63,968 nt of DNA from IMG/VR virus record IMGVR_UViG_3300043607_000016, positions 1-63,968 of that record. The stretch is one strand, 5' to 3'. The position numbers and the translations under genes are program-made. The stretch comes from a virus. Numbering within the stretch: the first letter of the stretch is position 1; each line of letters opens with the position of its first letter. The notes under the pieces were generated by a model, which was given only the letters and a program-made list of their open reading frames with translations, was not told the origin of the DNA and ran no database searches. Of the stretch, positions 18,934 to 28,143 are shown one piece after another.

Positions 18934-19563
18934 TCAATAGATCATAACGATCCGTGTAGAGTCAAATACTTCAGGCTGCTTCTCCCCTCTACGAGTAGCC
19001 CATGCTTTAGGCCATCGTTCAGGATCAAAAGCAGCATGACACTTAGCGCAAAGCCGAGCATAGTCCATTACGTCATCGAACCTATCAGAGATGTTAGCCC
19101 ACTGAAATTTTCCGTCCGTTGTGCCACAATGCTCACATAATGATGGTGCTCCGCGATCCCGATAGACTCGCTTGTGTGCAGCCTTATAGCTCAGCGCACT
19201 GGCTCGTGAGCGAAAAACGGCGCTCAGTTTCAGTTTGGTTTCTTCGCTCGATGTCCGTCCTTTCATTGCATGACTAATCTTAGCTCTACGCTCTGGTCGT
19301 TTTGCCGCTTCTGCAATCCCCTTGATCCCCTCTGGCGTCATTTTATGTGGAGGTTGTGGACCTCTGAAATGATTCTCCTTTGATAGGCATCCACAAGACC
19401 GTGTGCGGCCCAAAATAAAAATTGCCTGATTCACAGTGGATGTCTTTCCGCAATCGCATTGGCAAACCCACGCTCGTAGCCGCCGGGGGCCAAGTGGCTC
19501 ACCTAAATACAATGCGACCAATCGTCCGCTGCGTAATCCAGTAATGTCACGTCGATAACTCAT
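18934..19563 (-). CDS. Free-standing HNH homing endonuclease with a NUMOD3-like motif
   Basis: GLRSGRLVAL...CQCDCG...SCGC at the N-terminus; KISHAMKGRTSSEETKLKLS (NUMOD3-like); CEHCG...CAKCH (HNH zinc motif). Confidence 0.7.
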   Translation of the reverse strand: MSYRRDITGLRSGRLVALYLGEPLGPRRLRAWVCQCDCGKTSTVNQAIFILGRTRSCGCLSKENHFRGPQPPHKMTPEGIKGIAEAAKRPERRAKISHAMKGRTSSEETKLKLSAVFRSRASALSYKAAHKRVYRDRGAPSLCEHCGTTDGKFQWANISDRFDDVMDYARLCAKCHAAFDPERWPKAWATRRGEKQPEVFDSTRIVMIY

Positions 19564-19967
19564 TCAGGCGAGCCTTGCCGCGCCGCTGAATTCTTGTGGG
19601 CAATGTTAATTAAAACAGATTCATCAGCACCGCATTCTATGAACTGAAATTTATAATCTGGCCTCTCGGTGCAGGGATAACGTCTGAGGCCAGTCACATT
19701 CTCCCCATCTTGAAATGGCGTCGGCCCCTCAGCCGAACTCGCGTTGATGATCTTGCCTGAGTAGGTGTCGCTTACGAAATCATAGTTTGATAGGAAGACC
19801 GTCTGCATCCTGGCAAGGCAAACTCTTACGCCTCGTCCGAGAAGGGAGTGCGCTACCTTCATCGCTTCAGTGTCAGGAGGTAGATCACCTACAGCCAGCG
19901 ATGAATCTATTGCTTGGTCCACGTCCCGCTGCGTGACCGGAACCGGACCATCTTTGTGCTTACCCAT
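19560..19967 (-). CDS. Hypothetical protein (135 aa)
   Basis: AAGGAG lies upstream of ATG 19967. 4-nt overlap with the HNH gene. Confidence 0.55.
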   Translation of the reverse strand: MGKHKDGPVPVTQRDVDQAIDSSLAVGDLPPDTEAMKVAHSLLGRGVRVCLARMQTVFLSNYDFVSDTYSGKIINASSAEGPTPFQDGENVTGLRRYPCTERPDYKFQFIECGADESVLINIAHKNSAARQGSPE

Positions 19968-20077
19968 TTGTGTCTATCTCCTTTTAGTCCATCAACCAAT
20001 ACCAAAGCGAGGTAAGATACCAACGCCAGAAGGTCACAGGACGTTTGTGTTCGAAGTCTTGCATATCAACTATAAGA

Positions 20078-20245
20078 TCATGTCAATCGTGCAAGCGCCA
20101 AAGCAGCGATCAATCCAAGCACCAACATAGGTGTCAGGCTCGGCTGGACGACCATCAGTACGATGCAAAGGATAAGCACGACCACTGCGATCAGACCCCC
20201 GATTGACCATGCTCCACCTGATGGACCAGTGAATGTGATGGGCAT
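20078..20245 (-). CDS. Small two-TM membrane protein (55 aa), holin-like
   Basis: Not in the ORF track because it is under 60 aa. GGAGG lies 5-6 nt upstream of ATG 20245. Sequence MPITFTGPSGGAWSIGGLIAVVVLILCIVLMVVQPSLTPMLVLGLIAALALARLT. Confidence 0.5.
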   Translation of the reverse strand: MPITFTGPSGGAWSIGGLIAVVVLILCIVLMVVQPSLTPMLVLGLIAALALARLT

Positions 20246-20381
20246 TGATACCTCCTCTCGGTTACCGGATTAGAGACCGGGGATACGCCACGATCTTTAA
20301 TAGTCCCCACGAAGGGGCGTACCCCGGCCGGTTTTTGCGGCGGAATCATCGCTCGCTGTCGCCGCAAAGCTCATTTAGGAT

Positions 20382-20798
20382 TTACGCCGGTGTGTCATCC
20401 GCCTTCAATTGATCTACCTGGGCCTGCAACGCCGCAGCCGCGTCACTGATTGCGCTGGTGTTGTTTGATACCCGAGTTGACGCCGCCGCTACAGCCGACT
20501 TGATCGCTGCGAGGTCACCGCTCGAAGCCACCATAGCCGCAAGCTGCTGAATCTCCTTACTGATCGCATCCGTCGCTGAGGTCAGGGTTGCATTGAAAGT
20601 CCCGATTGCCTCGCCCTGCGCGTCTAGTTTCGCATTTAGCTCATCAATTTCTGTGCTCATTTTTTGAATCTCCTTATGGACTGCCTTGATTGATTGTTTG
20701 ATACCGAGCAGGGCTTGCAGGATGAGATCGCCGACAAGCCTGATTACGGCTGTCAGGGAATCGTCATGGTCGCCATGCTGTGATTTAAGGTCGCTCAT
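20382..20798 (-). CDS. Coiled-coil protein (138 aa)
   Basis: Ala/Ser/Gln-rich heptad-like sequence. No motif recognised. Confidence 0.55.
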   Translation of the reverse strand: MSDLKSQHGDHDDSLTAVIRLVGDLILQALLGIKQSIKAVHKEIQKMSTEIDELNAKLDAQGEAIGTFNATLTSATDAISKEIQQLAAMVASSGDLAAIKSAVAAASTRVSNNTSAISDAAAALQAQVDQLKADDTPA

Positions 20799-20831
20799 GG
20801 GATGAGTATAGCACGATTTTACGGAACTACC

Positions 20832-21158
20832 TTACGAACCGTCTCCTCTCTTCTTCTCTACCGCCCGATCCTCAACTCGCTCCTCCTCAGCTACTCTGCC
20901 CGCACGCTCCGCGATACTTTTCTCGCGACCTTCAGCCACACCTGCCGCATGTTCCTCAGCACCAGTGGCTTTGATTAACTGTTCCATTTTACCATTGATT
21001 TGTCCGTGTACTTCATCCAGCTTACTTGCGGTCGCAAGAGCTATCTCCGTATTTTTGGTGCTCTGCTTGCGAGCCGAGACGGCTACAATCAGATTGCTTA
21101 TCGCCGTGATGATCAACGGTAGTCCCACAATAAGGGCTAAGATAACTGTGTCGCTCAT
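20832..21158 (-). CDS. N-terminally membrane-anchored coiled-coil protein (108 aa), i-spanin-like or holin-like
   Basis: A TM helix (VILALIVGLPLIITAISNLIVAV) followed by a charged helical tail. Confidence 0.5.
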   Translation of the reverse strand: MSDTVILALIVGLPLIITAISNLIVAVSARKQSTKNTEIALATASKLDEVHGQINGKMEQLIKATGAEEHAAGVAEGREKSIAERAGRVAEEERVEDRAVEKKRGDGS

Positions 21159-21222
21159 TCACTGTTTGCCTCCCCTACTTATACCGCTGCAACCCATTCT
21201 CCATCAAAACAGCTTCATTCTC

Positions 21223-21471
21223 TTAAAAAACGCAGGAATAGACAATACAGTCCCAGCCATACTGATAGCCCTGCTGGCTGCAATACGACTCGCTTCCACC
21301 ACCCGCGACACAACCGAGCGTGAAGATAACACTCTCGTCCCAGCACTTGCTGACACAGTGTTGATCTGTTTGCTGTGGATGTATTGGGGCCGCGCTTCGG
21401 GCCGTTGTTGACCCAGAACCCGCAAAGAAAAGAAAGGTGATAGCTATAACAGCTAGTATGGTTCGCCTCAT
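21223..21471 (-). CDS. Small secreted Cys-rich protein (82 aa)
   Basis: Signal-peptide-like MRRTILAVIAITFLFFAGSGS and eight Cys. GGGGGA lies upstream of the ATG. Two overlapping alternative-frame ORFs are judged less likely. Confidence 0.45.
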   Translation of the reverse strand: MRRTILAVIAITFLFFAGSGSTTARSAAPIHPQQTDQHCVSKCWDESVIFTLGCVAGGGSESYCSQQGYQYGWDCIVYSCVF

Positions 21472-21486
21472 TGTTGATTCCCCCTA

Positions 21487-21720
21487 TTACGTTCCGAATT
21501 TTCCTGATAACAGTTTGGTTTTGAACTGCTCGATCATCCAAAGCATCTCGGCGCCATCGGAAAAGGAACATGAGTAAAACGCCTTTCCGCTTTTATCCTT
21601 GCCAATGCAGAGAAGCTTTTCGCACTTCTCTTCCGCGTTGGCACGTACTATATCAACGGGGAGATCACCCGCTGTCCAAAAATCGCCGACGATGATATTT
21701 GACTTTGCTTCGTTATCCAT
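21487..21720 (-). CDS. Hypothetical protein (77 aa)
   Basis: ORF on the coding strand of this block. Confidence 0.5.
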   Translation of the reverse strand: MDNEAKSNIIVGDFWTAGDLPVDIVRANAEEKCEKLLCIGKDKSGKAFYSCSFSDGAEMLWMIEQFKTKLLSGKFGT

Positions 21721-21752
21721 CTCTTTACTATCTGAACGTAATCGTCATCGCG

Positions 21753-23234
21753 TCACTGCCCAAACAAAGTCGAGCGAGCTGCCCCGCCATTGTACAGATA
21801 GATACGCTCCGTACCGCTCAAGGGCGAGTAGCAGAAAATCACCCATTTCACGTCGCCGATCCACATACTCGAAGCGTTGTCCGAACCGAGTCGAAAAGTG
21901 GACATTGAATTGGTTTTGATCGTCGATACAACGGTAGTTACCGGCGTTTCGTTATTGACCGAGATTGAGATGTTCGTTCCATCGTACGCCGCAGTGATGA
22001 AGTACCAGTTGTTGTTTGATAGCGAAACCGTACTTGTAGCCGTATGGCTATTCGCTGTCGTCCCGTCGTCTGATGTTTTGAAAACAACATGTGTGTCGCC
22101 GGCGGGGACGTAGACGAGCCATTCATTCTGGTCGGTCTGGTTCCAGTCGGCTACGCTACCTATGCGCTGCTCGTTGCCCCTCTCAATCTGTATCGGTCGG
22201 AACCAACCCGAGAATGAGAATCCAGTCGAGCGCGCGTGTAGCGTATGGAATGCGTTTATCTGAGCCCCCGCGCCGCCGCCGCCGCCTGAACTTGGGAAGG
22301 TGACATAATCCGTGTTCTGAACGCTGTTGGCCGCCAGATTCGCGTGATTATTGCCCCAAAAATCCCAGGCAGTAAACGAGCCGCCGGGCGGCACTGTATT
22401 CCAAAGCGGAAAGACCGCCTTGAGTTTCGCGGCAAGCGATGTTGGCGCAGGGAATCCAAATGGGCTGGTAAGCAACGGGAACACGGCATCACAGACAAAC
22501 GGGCTGCCAAACTTTGCCATGTGGATGCCGCCACCAACGAAGTTTTCTGGGTGAGTAGATTGTGCGTCGTGGACCTGGACATTAGCCGCGACTATTGGAT
22601 CAGCGGCAAGATCAGCCAGCGCGTTCCAGTGCGTGTTTGCGTCGGCCCTCATCGCACCATCAACCGTGAATCGATCCGTCAACTCCCATGCTTGGAAATC
22701 CGCATCGGGTACAGTATCGAACGCGGAGGCGGACATGGTGATTGGCACCGTGTACCATCCCGCCGCCATGCCCATTCCACCATAGGTCTTCATCAGGTCT
22801 ATGGCGTGAGCAACGGTGTCTCGCGGAGTAGTCAACAGTCGGCTATTAACAACCTCCCACGTCACCAACACGTTGTGTTTACCTGCGTCGTGGTGGGGCG
22901 CGATGATTTGAAAGTCGGTGGGGTTACTGTCAACGATCATTTGCTCCAGCGTGCGCCCAGCTACCGCATCGTTGAACCAAAATACTCTGCCCGGCCCGTA
23001 AGCGGCGTCGAATCTTCGGCCCAGAACGGCGGCAATGTTACCGTACTCCGCCCCGTCCATTGAGAAACCTGAAGGGAGCGAATTACCGGTAATGTCTAAG
23101 ATGCCGCCAGGTAGCGGACTGTTGCTGACCCGCGTTTGTCCGCCGAGTTTCGCGCCGCCGCCGAGCCTCGTTTGCCCGAACGAAACAGCGACTGACAGAA
23201 TGACTAGAACCGAGATTATTGTGAACCGCTTCAT
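21753..23234 (-). CDS. Secreted SGNH-hydrolase-like protein with a C-terminal LamG (concanavalin-like) domain
   Basis: Signal peptide MKRFTIISVLVILSVAVSFGQ. ITGNSL (block I-like) and THPEN (block V-like). The C-terminal ...WYFITAAYDGTNISISVNN...FRLGSD... is typical of Laminin_G_3 domains. Confidence 0.5.
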   Translation of the reverse strand: MKRFTIISVLVILSVAVSFGQTRLGGGAKLGGQTRVSNSPLPGGILDITGNSLPSGFSMDGAEYGNIAAVLGRRFDAAYGPGRVFWFNDAVAGRTLEQMIVDSNPTDFQIIAPHHDAGKHNVLVTWEVVNSRLLTTPRDTVAHAIDLMKTYGGMGMAAGWYTVPITMSASAFDTVPDADFQAWELTDRFTVDGAMRADANTHWNALADLAADPIVAANVQVHDAQSTHPENFVGGGIHMAKFGSPFVCDAVFPLLTSPFGFPAPTSLAAKLKAVFPLWNTVPPGGSFTAWDFWGNNHANLAANSVQNTDYVTFPSSGGGGGAGAQINAFHTLHARSTGFSFSGWFRPIQIERGNEQRIGSVADWNQTDQNEWLVYVPAGDTHVVFKTSDDGTTANSHTATSTVSLSNNNWYFITAAYDGTNISISVNNETPVTTVVSTIKTNSMSTFRLGSDNASSMWIGDVKWVIFCYSPLSGTERIYLYNGGAARSTLFGQ

Positions 23235-23241
23235 TTACTTT

Positions 23242-24879
23242 TTAAGGAGCGCTCGTGCTCGTCGCCCAAATTGCAGTAGCCGATTGTGTGAGATCATACG
23301 TTGCATATCTCACTGTTCCACCGTCGTTGAATTGAAAGACGATCTTGTTGCCCTTGATGTAGAAGTTTACTTCCGCGCTTGATGCCGGATTGGCGGGGGT
23401 TGCGGCTTTTTGAGGGAGTTGAAGAGCCGAACCGTTGGTACTTGCGCCGCCAAGTTTTAGAACAGATGCCGCAGCTCGTGTAAGAACAATGTCGTCAGTG
23501 CCTGCGGGCTTAGCGGAAGAACTGATAGATAAGCTTCCCCCGTTCCCAAGAAAAACGCCGTCTCCCTGAACGTGGACTTGATTAGCGGATCGATCAGCAA
23601 TCAGCCGAGAGAAGCCGGGTCCCGCCAGATATTCAATCCAGAAAGAATTATCACCGGTGCTTGCGGTTCCGGCAAAGACAGCCTTGTTATTCCCCGACGA
23701 CATGTCGAAGAAGTAATTCGCTGTCCCCTTTGCCAGGAACCGTTGATGAATATTCGAGTCGCTGCCGGTTGCTGCAAGCGTCACGGTTGCGGGATTCGCT
23801 GTCGCAGCGCCCGTCACAGTAAACCCATCGACCATCGAGCCGGGGATCGAAACCGTGATAGGGCTATCAGTGAACGCCGTTGACGACGAGCGATAAGGGA
23901 TTACGAGATCGGTTGCGTTGATTGTCGTTCCACCGCCGCCCCCCGCAGGAACAGTGTAGTTTCCTGTCCCGTCTAAATACTTCGTAGCGTCATTGGGGAG
24001 AACTGGAGCAAACCCGTGCTTGGTAGTCGAGACGTTATTGGTAGTGTTGGCCGCAAGCGTGATGTCCGCCTCTACAATCGCGGAGATAGTCTCCGTAACG
24101 ATATTCGATGAGTTGGAAAAGTGAGGAATGCCCGTAGCCGCCACGCCTGCAAGTATGCGCTGATAGCTCGTCACTGAAGCGGGAGCAGCGATTTGAATTG
24201 ATGTTGTACCGAGTGATGGAGCAGCGCCTTGAGTGAGTTCCAGGTACCCTGCGCCTGAACCTGTCCCGATGAACGCGGCGGCGGTTACGTCTCCTGTGGC
24301 TACTACACTGGATGGAGTAATCGCCCCAAGTGTAAACGTCGCTGCCGGGGTGGTCGTTGGATTTGCGACCGATGCTGATACCCCATTGGACGTGACTACT
24401 GAAAAGCTGGTGACGGTACCTGATCCCCCGCCCCCGCTTCCATTAGCCGCAGCGGTTATCCTGCCCTTGGAATCCACCGTGATATTCGCGGAGGTGTACG
24501 ACCCTGGCGTCACTGCCGTGTTGGCTAGAGTGGTAGCCATCGACCCAGAAGTAGTCACGTCTCCGGTCAGATCACCCACGGTTATGTCCGCCCCACCATT
24601 GCCTTTTATAAGACGATTGAGGGTTAGGGTTCCGGTGTTTGTGACTGTTCCACTCGCTGACCCACTTGCGAGGATCGTCCATGTGTTGGCTGTATTGCAT
24701 TGATAGATGCCAACAGTCGCGGTGGTTTTGAACCATACATCGCCGACCGCGCAGGTAGCGGGGAGGGTTGTGGATTTCACTATCCGCCTCGCGGTGGATG
24801 TGGATGTCTGAGCCGAGGCAAAAGAGCTGGAGCACACCACCAGAATCAGCAGGAGAAGAAGTCTAGCTAAATGTTTCAT
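23242..24879 (-). CDS. Tail-fibre-repeat protein with an N-terminal signal-peptide-like segment (545 aa)
   Basis: Start moved to ATG 24879 (GGAG upstream), because the ORF-track extension overlaps gene 24902..25204. MKHLARLLLLLILVVCSSSFASAQ; motifs LTGDVTTSG...TPGSYTSANITVDSKGRITAA are typical of phage tail fibres. Confidence 0.6.
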   Translation of the reverse strand: MKHLARLLLLLILVVCSSSFASAQTSTSTARRIVKSTTLPATCAVGDVWFKTTATVGIYQCNTANTWTILASGSASGTVTNTGTLTLNRLIKGNGGADITVGDLTGDVTTSGSMATTLANTAVTPGSYTSANITVDSKGRITAAANGSGGGGSGTVTSFSVVTSNGVSASVANPTTTPAATFTLGAITPSSVVATGDVTAAAFIGTGSGAGYLELTQGAAPSLGTTSIQIAAPASVTSYQRILAGVAATGIPHFSNSSNIVTETISAIVEADITLAANTTNNVSTTKHGFAPVLPNDATKYLDGTGNYTVPAGGGGGTTINATDLVIPYRSSSTAFTDSPITVSIPGSMVDGFTVTGAATANPATVTLAATGSDSNIHQRFLAKGTANYFFDMSSGNNKAVFAGTASTGDNSFWIEYLAGPGFSRLIADRSANQVHVQGDGVFLGNGGSLSISSSAKPAGTDDIVLTRAAASVLKLGGASTNGSALQLPQKAATPANPASSAEVNFYIKGNKIVFQFNDGGTVRYATYDLTQSATAIWATSTSAP

Positions 24880-24901
24880 GATGATATGCTCCAGACTTGG
24901 G

Positions 24902-25204
24902 TTAGTCGTAGTCATCGCCCTTGGTTTTCGATGGGCCTTTGGTGATGCCGACTGAGGAGCCAGGGCCAGGTTTGGATGCAAGGTCGGTGGCTGAGACGCC
25001 ATGAATCACACTTGCCCCGCCCTTTTGATAATCACCCTTGTCACAGAAGACTTTGTATCCGCCGAGCTTTGGGTCTACAGCTTGAGGCTTGGAGAGCTTC
25101 GAGTTCGGGTGCGAGTAGGGCGGGTTGGACTTATTTTTGAGTTGGTCATGCGAGCCGAGGTCGGAAGGGCCGCTGAGGCCTGATTTGTTTTTGATGTCTG
25201 CCAT
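24902..25204 (-). CDS. Hypothetical Lys/Gly/Ser-rich protein (100 aa)
   Basis: AAGGAGAAA lies upstream of ATG 25204. Confidence 0.5.
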   Translation of the reverse strand: MADIKNKSGLSGPSDLGSHDQLKNKSNPPYSHPNSKLSKPQAVDPKLGGYKVFCDKGDYQKGGASVIHGVSATDLASKPGPGSSVGITKGPSKTKGDDYD

Positions 25205-25256
25205 GAGAATTTCTCCTTAGACTAAAGATGAGAATATAATAGCATGAACATGCTGC

Positions 25257-26246
25257 CTACCAGCCATCACCCCAACCAAAGCCGACATCATGGTTTGCGA
25301 TGAATGATGCGTTATAGGGAAAGCCTATGTGGGGCAGGTCACGGAGCAGCCAATACTGCTGACACGCTTCCTCATCATCGCGCTCCGCACGTTTAAGCAT
25401 GTCGATATAATTCCGCTGATGTTCAATTGCTGCATCTCCCCAACCGACGCCTTTTAGAGATGCATGCCTGCCCATGTTTATCTTCGCCCAGTTACAGGCC
25501 CGAACAAGGGCGCGTTCCAAAACCAGTTCGTCTGAGATCGCTGGCGGCAGGGACTCTCCTGCGAGTAAATCCACCCCGCGCTTCTGATAAACGGCGAGGT
25601 AGGCACGCTCGAAATTCGGATGCGGATGCATCTCCCAGCGCGGAACCTTGGTTGTGGTGTTAGATGGGATTGAGTACATGCCATAAGGCAGACCTGAAAA
25701 CGCACGGTTCGGATCGATGAGTTGAAGCTCCTGCGCGGTGCCTGCGAGCTTGACGAAGAAGTAGTTGGTAGATGGGTCACAGATTGCTACCCAACGGAGG
25801 AAGTCGGTTTCTTCACTGCCGTCGTCTTTTATCGGCGGTCCGTAGTAGGCGCGGTAGCAGGCATATGCAGAAAGCGTATTGGTAGACTCACGATAGGCAC
25901 GTTTGAGAACCATCGCTCCAGTGCCGCCGTTATAGGATGCAATTTCGTAGAGCGGCCCACCAGCGAATCGAATTTGCCGCAGGGTAATGACCGGGTTAGA
26001 AAGCGGGGTCAAGGCGGTGATCGCGGCGGCGGATGCTTGGACCGCGGTGCTGAACTGAGTAACAGAAAACGTGCCTGTGTTGATCTCGCCGGGAGTGAAC
26101 AGAATCCCATCCGCGAGCAGGAAAGACCAATGGCGCCGAGTACGGATTTCCGCCCACGCGCGCTGGATGAGTTTCTCACAAAGGAGAATCGGCAGCACGT
26201 CGATGTGGGATTTTAGTTCGGCGGTCAGGTCTTCTAGGGTAGACAA
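25257..26246 (-). CDS. Hypothetical head- or neck-associated protein (329 aa)
   Basis: ORF a few genes downstream of the capsid gene. Confidence 0.55.
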   Translation of the reverse strand: MSTLEDLTAELKSHIDVLPILLCEKLIQRAWAEIRTRRHWSFLLADGILFTPGEINTGTFSVTQFSTAVQASAAAITALTPLSNPVITLRQIRFAGGPLYEIASYNGGTGAMVLKRAYRESTNTLSAYACYRAYYGPPIKDDGSEETDFLRWVAICDPSTNYFFVKLAGTAQELQLIDPNRAFSGLPYGMYSIPSNTTTKVPRWEMHPHPNFERAYLAVYQKRGVDLLAGESLPPAISDELVLERALVRACNWAKINMGRHASLKGVGWGDAAIEHQRNYIDMLKRAERDDEEACQQYWLLRDLPHIGFPYNASFIANHDVGFGWGDGW

Positions 26247-26249
26247 GCG

Positions 26250-26441
26250 TTACCTCCCGCCGCCCTTGCTGAGAAACTTAGGACGTGACTTCCCTTTACG
26301 TTTTGGCGGCATGGACTTCGAGGTTTCCATCGCTTCGTCCCCGTCTGGTTCAGCGGCCGGTTTGGACAGGGCGGATGATGAACTTTTGCCGAAAGGCTTG
26401 CCACCTCCTTTTGCAAATGGGGTGAACTTTCCTTTTGCCAT
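26250..26441 (-). CDS. Small highly basic Gly/Lys-rich protein (63 aa)
   Basis: MAKGKFTPFAKGGGKPFGK...KRKGKSRPKFLSKGGGR. AGGAGG lies upstream. Confidence 0.5.
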   Translation of the reverse strand: MAKGKFTPFAKGGGKPFGKSSSSALSKPAAEPDGDEAMETSKSMPPKRKGKSRPKFLSKGGGR

Positions 26442-26461
26442 AACTACCTCCTATTTATGGG

Positions 26462-26986
26462 TTACTTATGATCGGTGGCTTTCGACTTCGGCACAGGCTT
26501 GGGTTCTGGCTCCGGTTCGACTAAGACAAATTCTCCCGGAACAGTGGCACGCCCTGCCACCAATCTCGCCTTCAAATACTCCCCGCCATCCGCCACCACA
26601 TCCCAGCTTTCGTTCCCGGCCTTATCGACATGCCTGAACGCCTCGCCTTTTGCGTAGATGTCATTGGAGATGCAAATCGACGCGGGGACGCCATGCTCGA
26701 TAGGAGCATTGACGGCCTCATCTATCAACTTAGCTGTGTCAGCGTCGATCCCAGTGATGCGATACTCAGGTGCGAAAGCAGAAAGTTCCTCGTAGGTCGT
26801 GATCTTCGCCGCGACTAGTGCGTCAAACCCCGGAAAGGTCGGCTTCAGTTTGCCGGTACGCGGGGAGTCTTTCGCTGGCGTCGGGGGCGGTGCGCCGGGA
26901 GTGGTGTTGTCGGTCAGGTCAGGGGCGGCTTTTGCTTCAGCCCTAGCTTCGGCTTTTGCGTCGTGGGTTTTGGTCGTATCGGTCAT
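26462..26986 (-). CDS. Hypothetical protein (174 aa)
   Basis: AAGGAGAAC lies upstream of ATG 26986. Confidence 0.55.
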   Translation of the reverse strand: MTDTTKTHDAKAEARAEAKAAPDLTDNTTPGAPPPTPAKDSPRTGKLKPTFPGFDALVAAKITTYEELSAFAPEYRITGIDADTAKLIDEAVNAPIEHGVPASICISNDIYAKGEAFRHVDKAGNESWDVVADGGEYLKARLVAGRATVPGEFVLVEPEPEPKPVPKSKATDHK

Positions 26987-27077
26987 TGAAGTTCTCCTTG
27001 CTGGTTCAGGTCATAGTCTTATCGTCATACTAGGGGTATGACGGTTATTACATGATTGCATGTTCCAAACAGCAGGG

Positions 27078-27401
27078 TTAGATTCCGCTGAAAACCATCC
27101 GCACTTTCGCAGCGGCGAGGTTCGCGCCTGACCCAGCTTGAGCGAGCTGATTGGTCACCTCCTGCTGCGCCATGAGCTTGCCTGCCGTGAAATCCCAAAC
27201 GGCATTTGTGATTAGTGATCCGCCCCCGTTTACGCCGATGCATTTCGCGCCGAAGATTTTCTTTAGTCCGACTTTTCCGGGAGAGATCACATAACCGCCT
27301 GTGACATAGCTCGAATCGAAGGTGATGTCTACGATAGTTTCGGTAAGACCGTTGCCGGTGAAACGATTTGCAAAGGGAACCTTGGTGAAGGTTAGCGCCA
27401 T
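27078..27401 (-). CDS. Small structural protein (107 aa), possibly a decoration protein
   Basis: AAGGAGACAG lies upstream. Followed by the hairpin CGTCATAC-N5-GTATGACG (27028-27048). Confidence 0.5.
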   Translation of the reverse strand: MALTFTKVPFANRFTGNGLTETIVDITFDSSYVTGGYVISPGKVGLKKIFGAKCIGVNGGGSLITNAVWDFTAGKLMAQQEVTNQLAQAGSGANLAAAKVRMVFSGI

Positions 27402-27531
27402 GGGCTGTCTCCTTTATAACGTCCCTACCACTATGCTTGAGGCCATCATTAGATGATGGGCGAGGTACAGGACTGGGTTTAGCCGAGCGGGCACCGTTAG
27501 AAAGATGCCCACCCTATTATTGGCTATGGGG

Positions 27532-28125
27532 TTAAACGTTCAGGGCCATGCATCTCAAGAACACGAGATTGACGCCACCATCAACCGGGAGTTCCGCAGC
27601 CTGACCTATTACGTTTTTGATTCCAAGCACACCACCAGAGACGTAGGTGCCTGTCGCGTCGGCGATGGCATCCGCGGTGTTGGTGGTAGTGAGTTGGATT
27701 ACGACATTACCATCGACCTTTGAGGTGACGGTAGCGCGATACAGCACACTCGCCAGCCCCCAGGTTTGGATGAAGGTGTAATTGCCTGCCGCCACGGTGT
27801 TGAGCGCGATGCCTGCAATCCTACCTTCTAAGGGAGCGGTGTTGGTTGAAGTTACTACGAAGTTCGCGAAGTCACTCCATGTCACGATCTGTCCGCGTGC
27901 GAGGGCGGTGACCGCTTTGACGTATTGATAGCAGCCACCACGGAGTGTTCCGGTTGTAGTGAGTGAGCGAGCAAGGGCTTCATCTTTTTCGACTGCGAAA
28001 GCCTTGCCGAGAATCCCTCTCCAGCGCGGTGATACAGGATCAGCGACGAGCGCACCCGGTTCGGGATCGTTCGACGCATTTAGATATCCTGTCGGCAGCC
28101 AGACTGCAAGATCGGTTCTAAACAT
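27532..28125 (-). CDS. Structural protein (197 aa) just downstream of the capsid gene
   Basis: AAGGAGAAACG lies upstream. Beta-rich composition. Confidence 0.55.
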   Translation of the reverse strand: MFRTDLAVWLPTGYLNASNDPEPGALVADPVSPRWRGILGKAFAVEKDEALARSLTTTGTLRGGCYQYVKAVTALARGQIVTWSDFANFVVTSTNTAPLEGRIAGIALNTVAAGNYTFIQTWGLASVLYRATVTSKVDGNVVIQLTTTNTADAIADATGTYVSGGVLGIKNVIGQAAELPVDGGVNLVFLRCMALNV

Positions 28126-28143
28126 TGTCGTTTCTCCTTTACC

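Noticed and set aside
24880-25002. An N-terminal extension of the tail-fibre-repeat ORF (the 586-aa version in the ORF track)
   Set aside because: The extension overlaps gene 24902..25204 and is Pro/Ala-rich. An internal ATG at 24879 has a GGAG upstream and begins a canonical signal-peptide-like segment.
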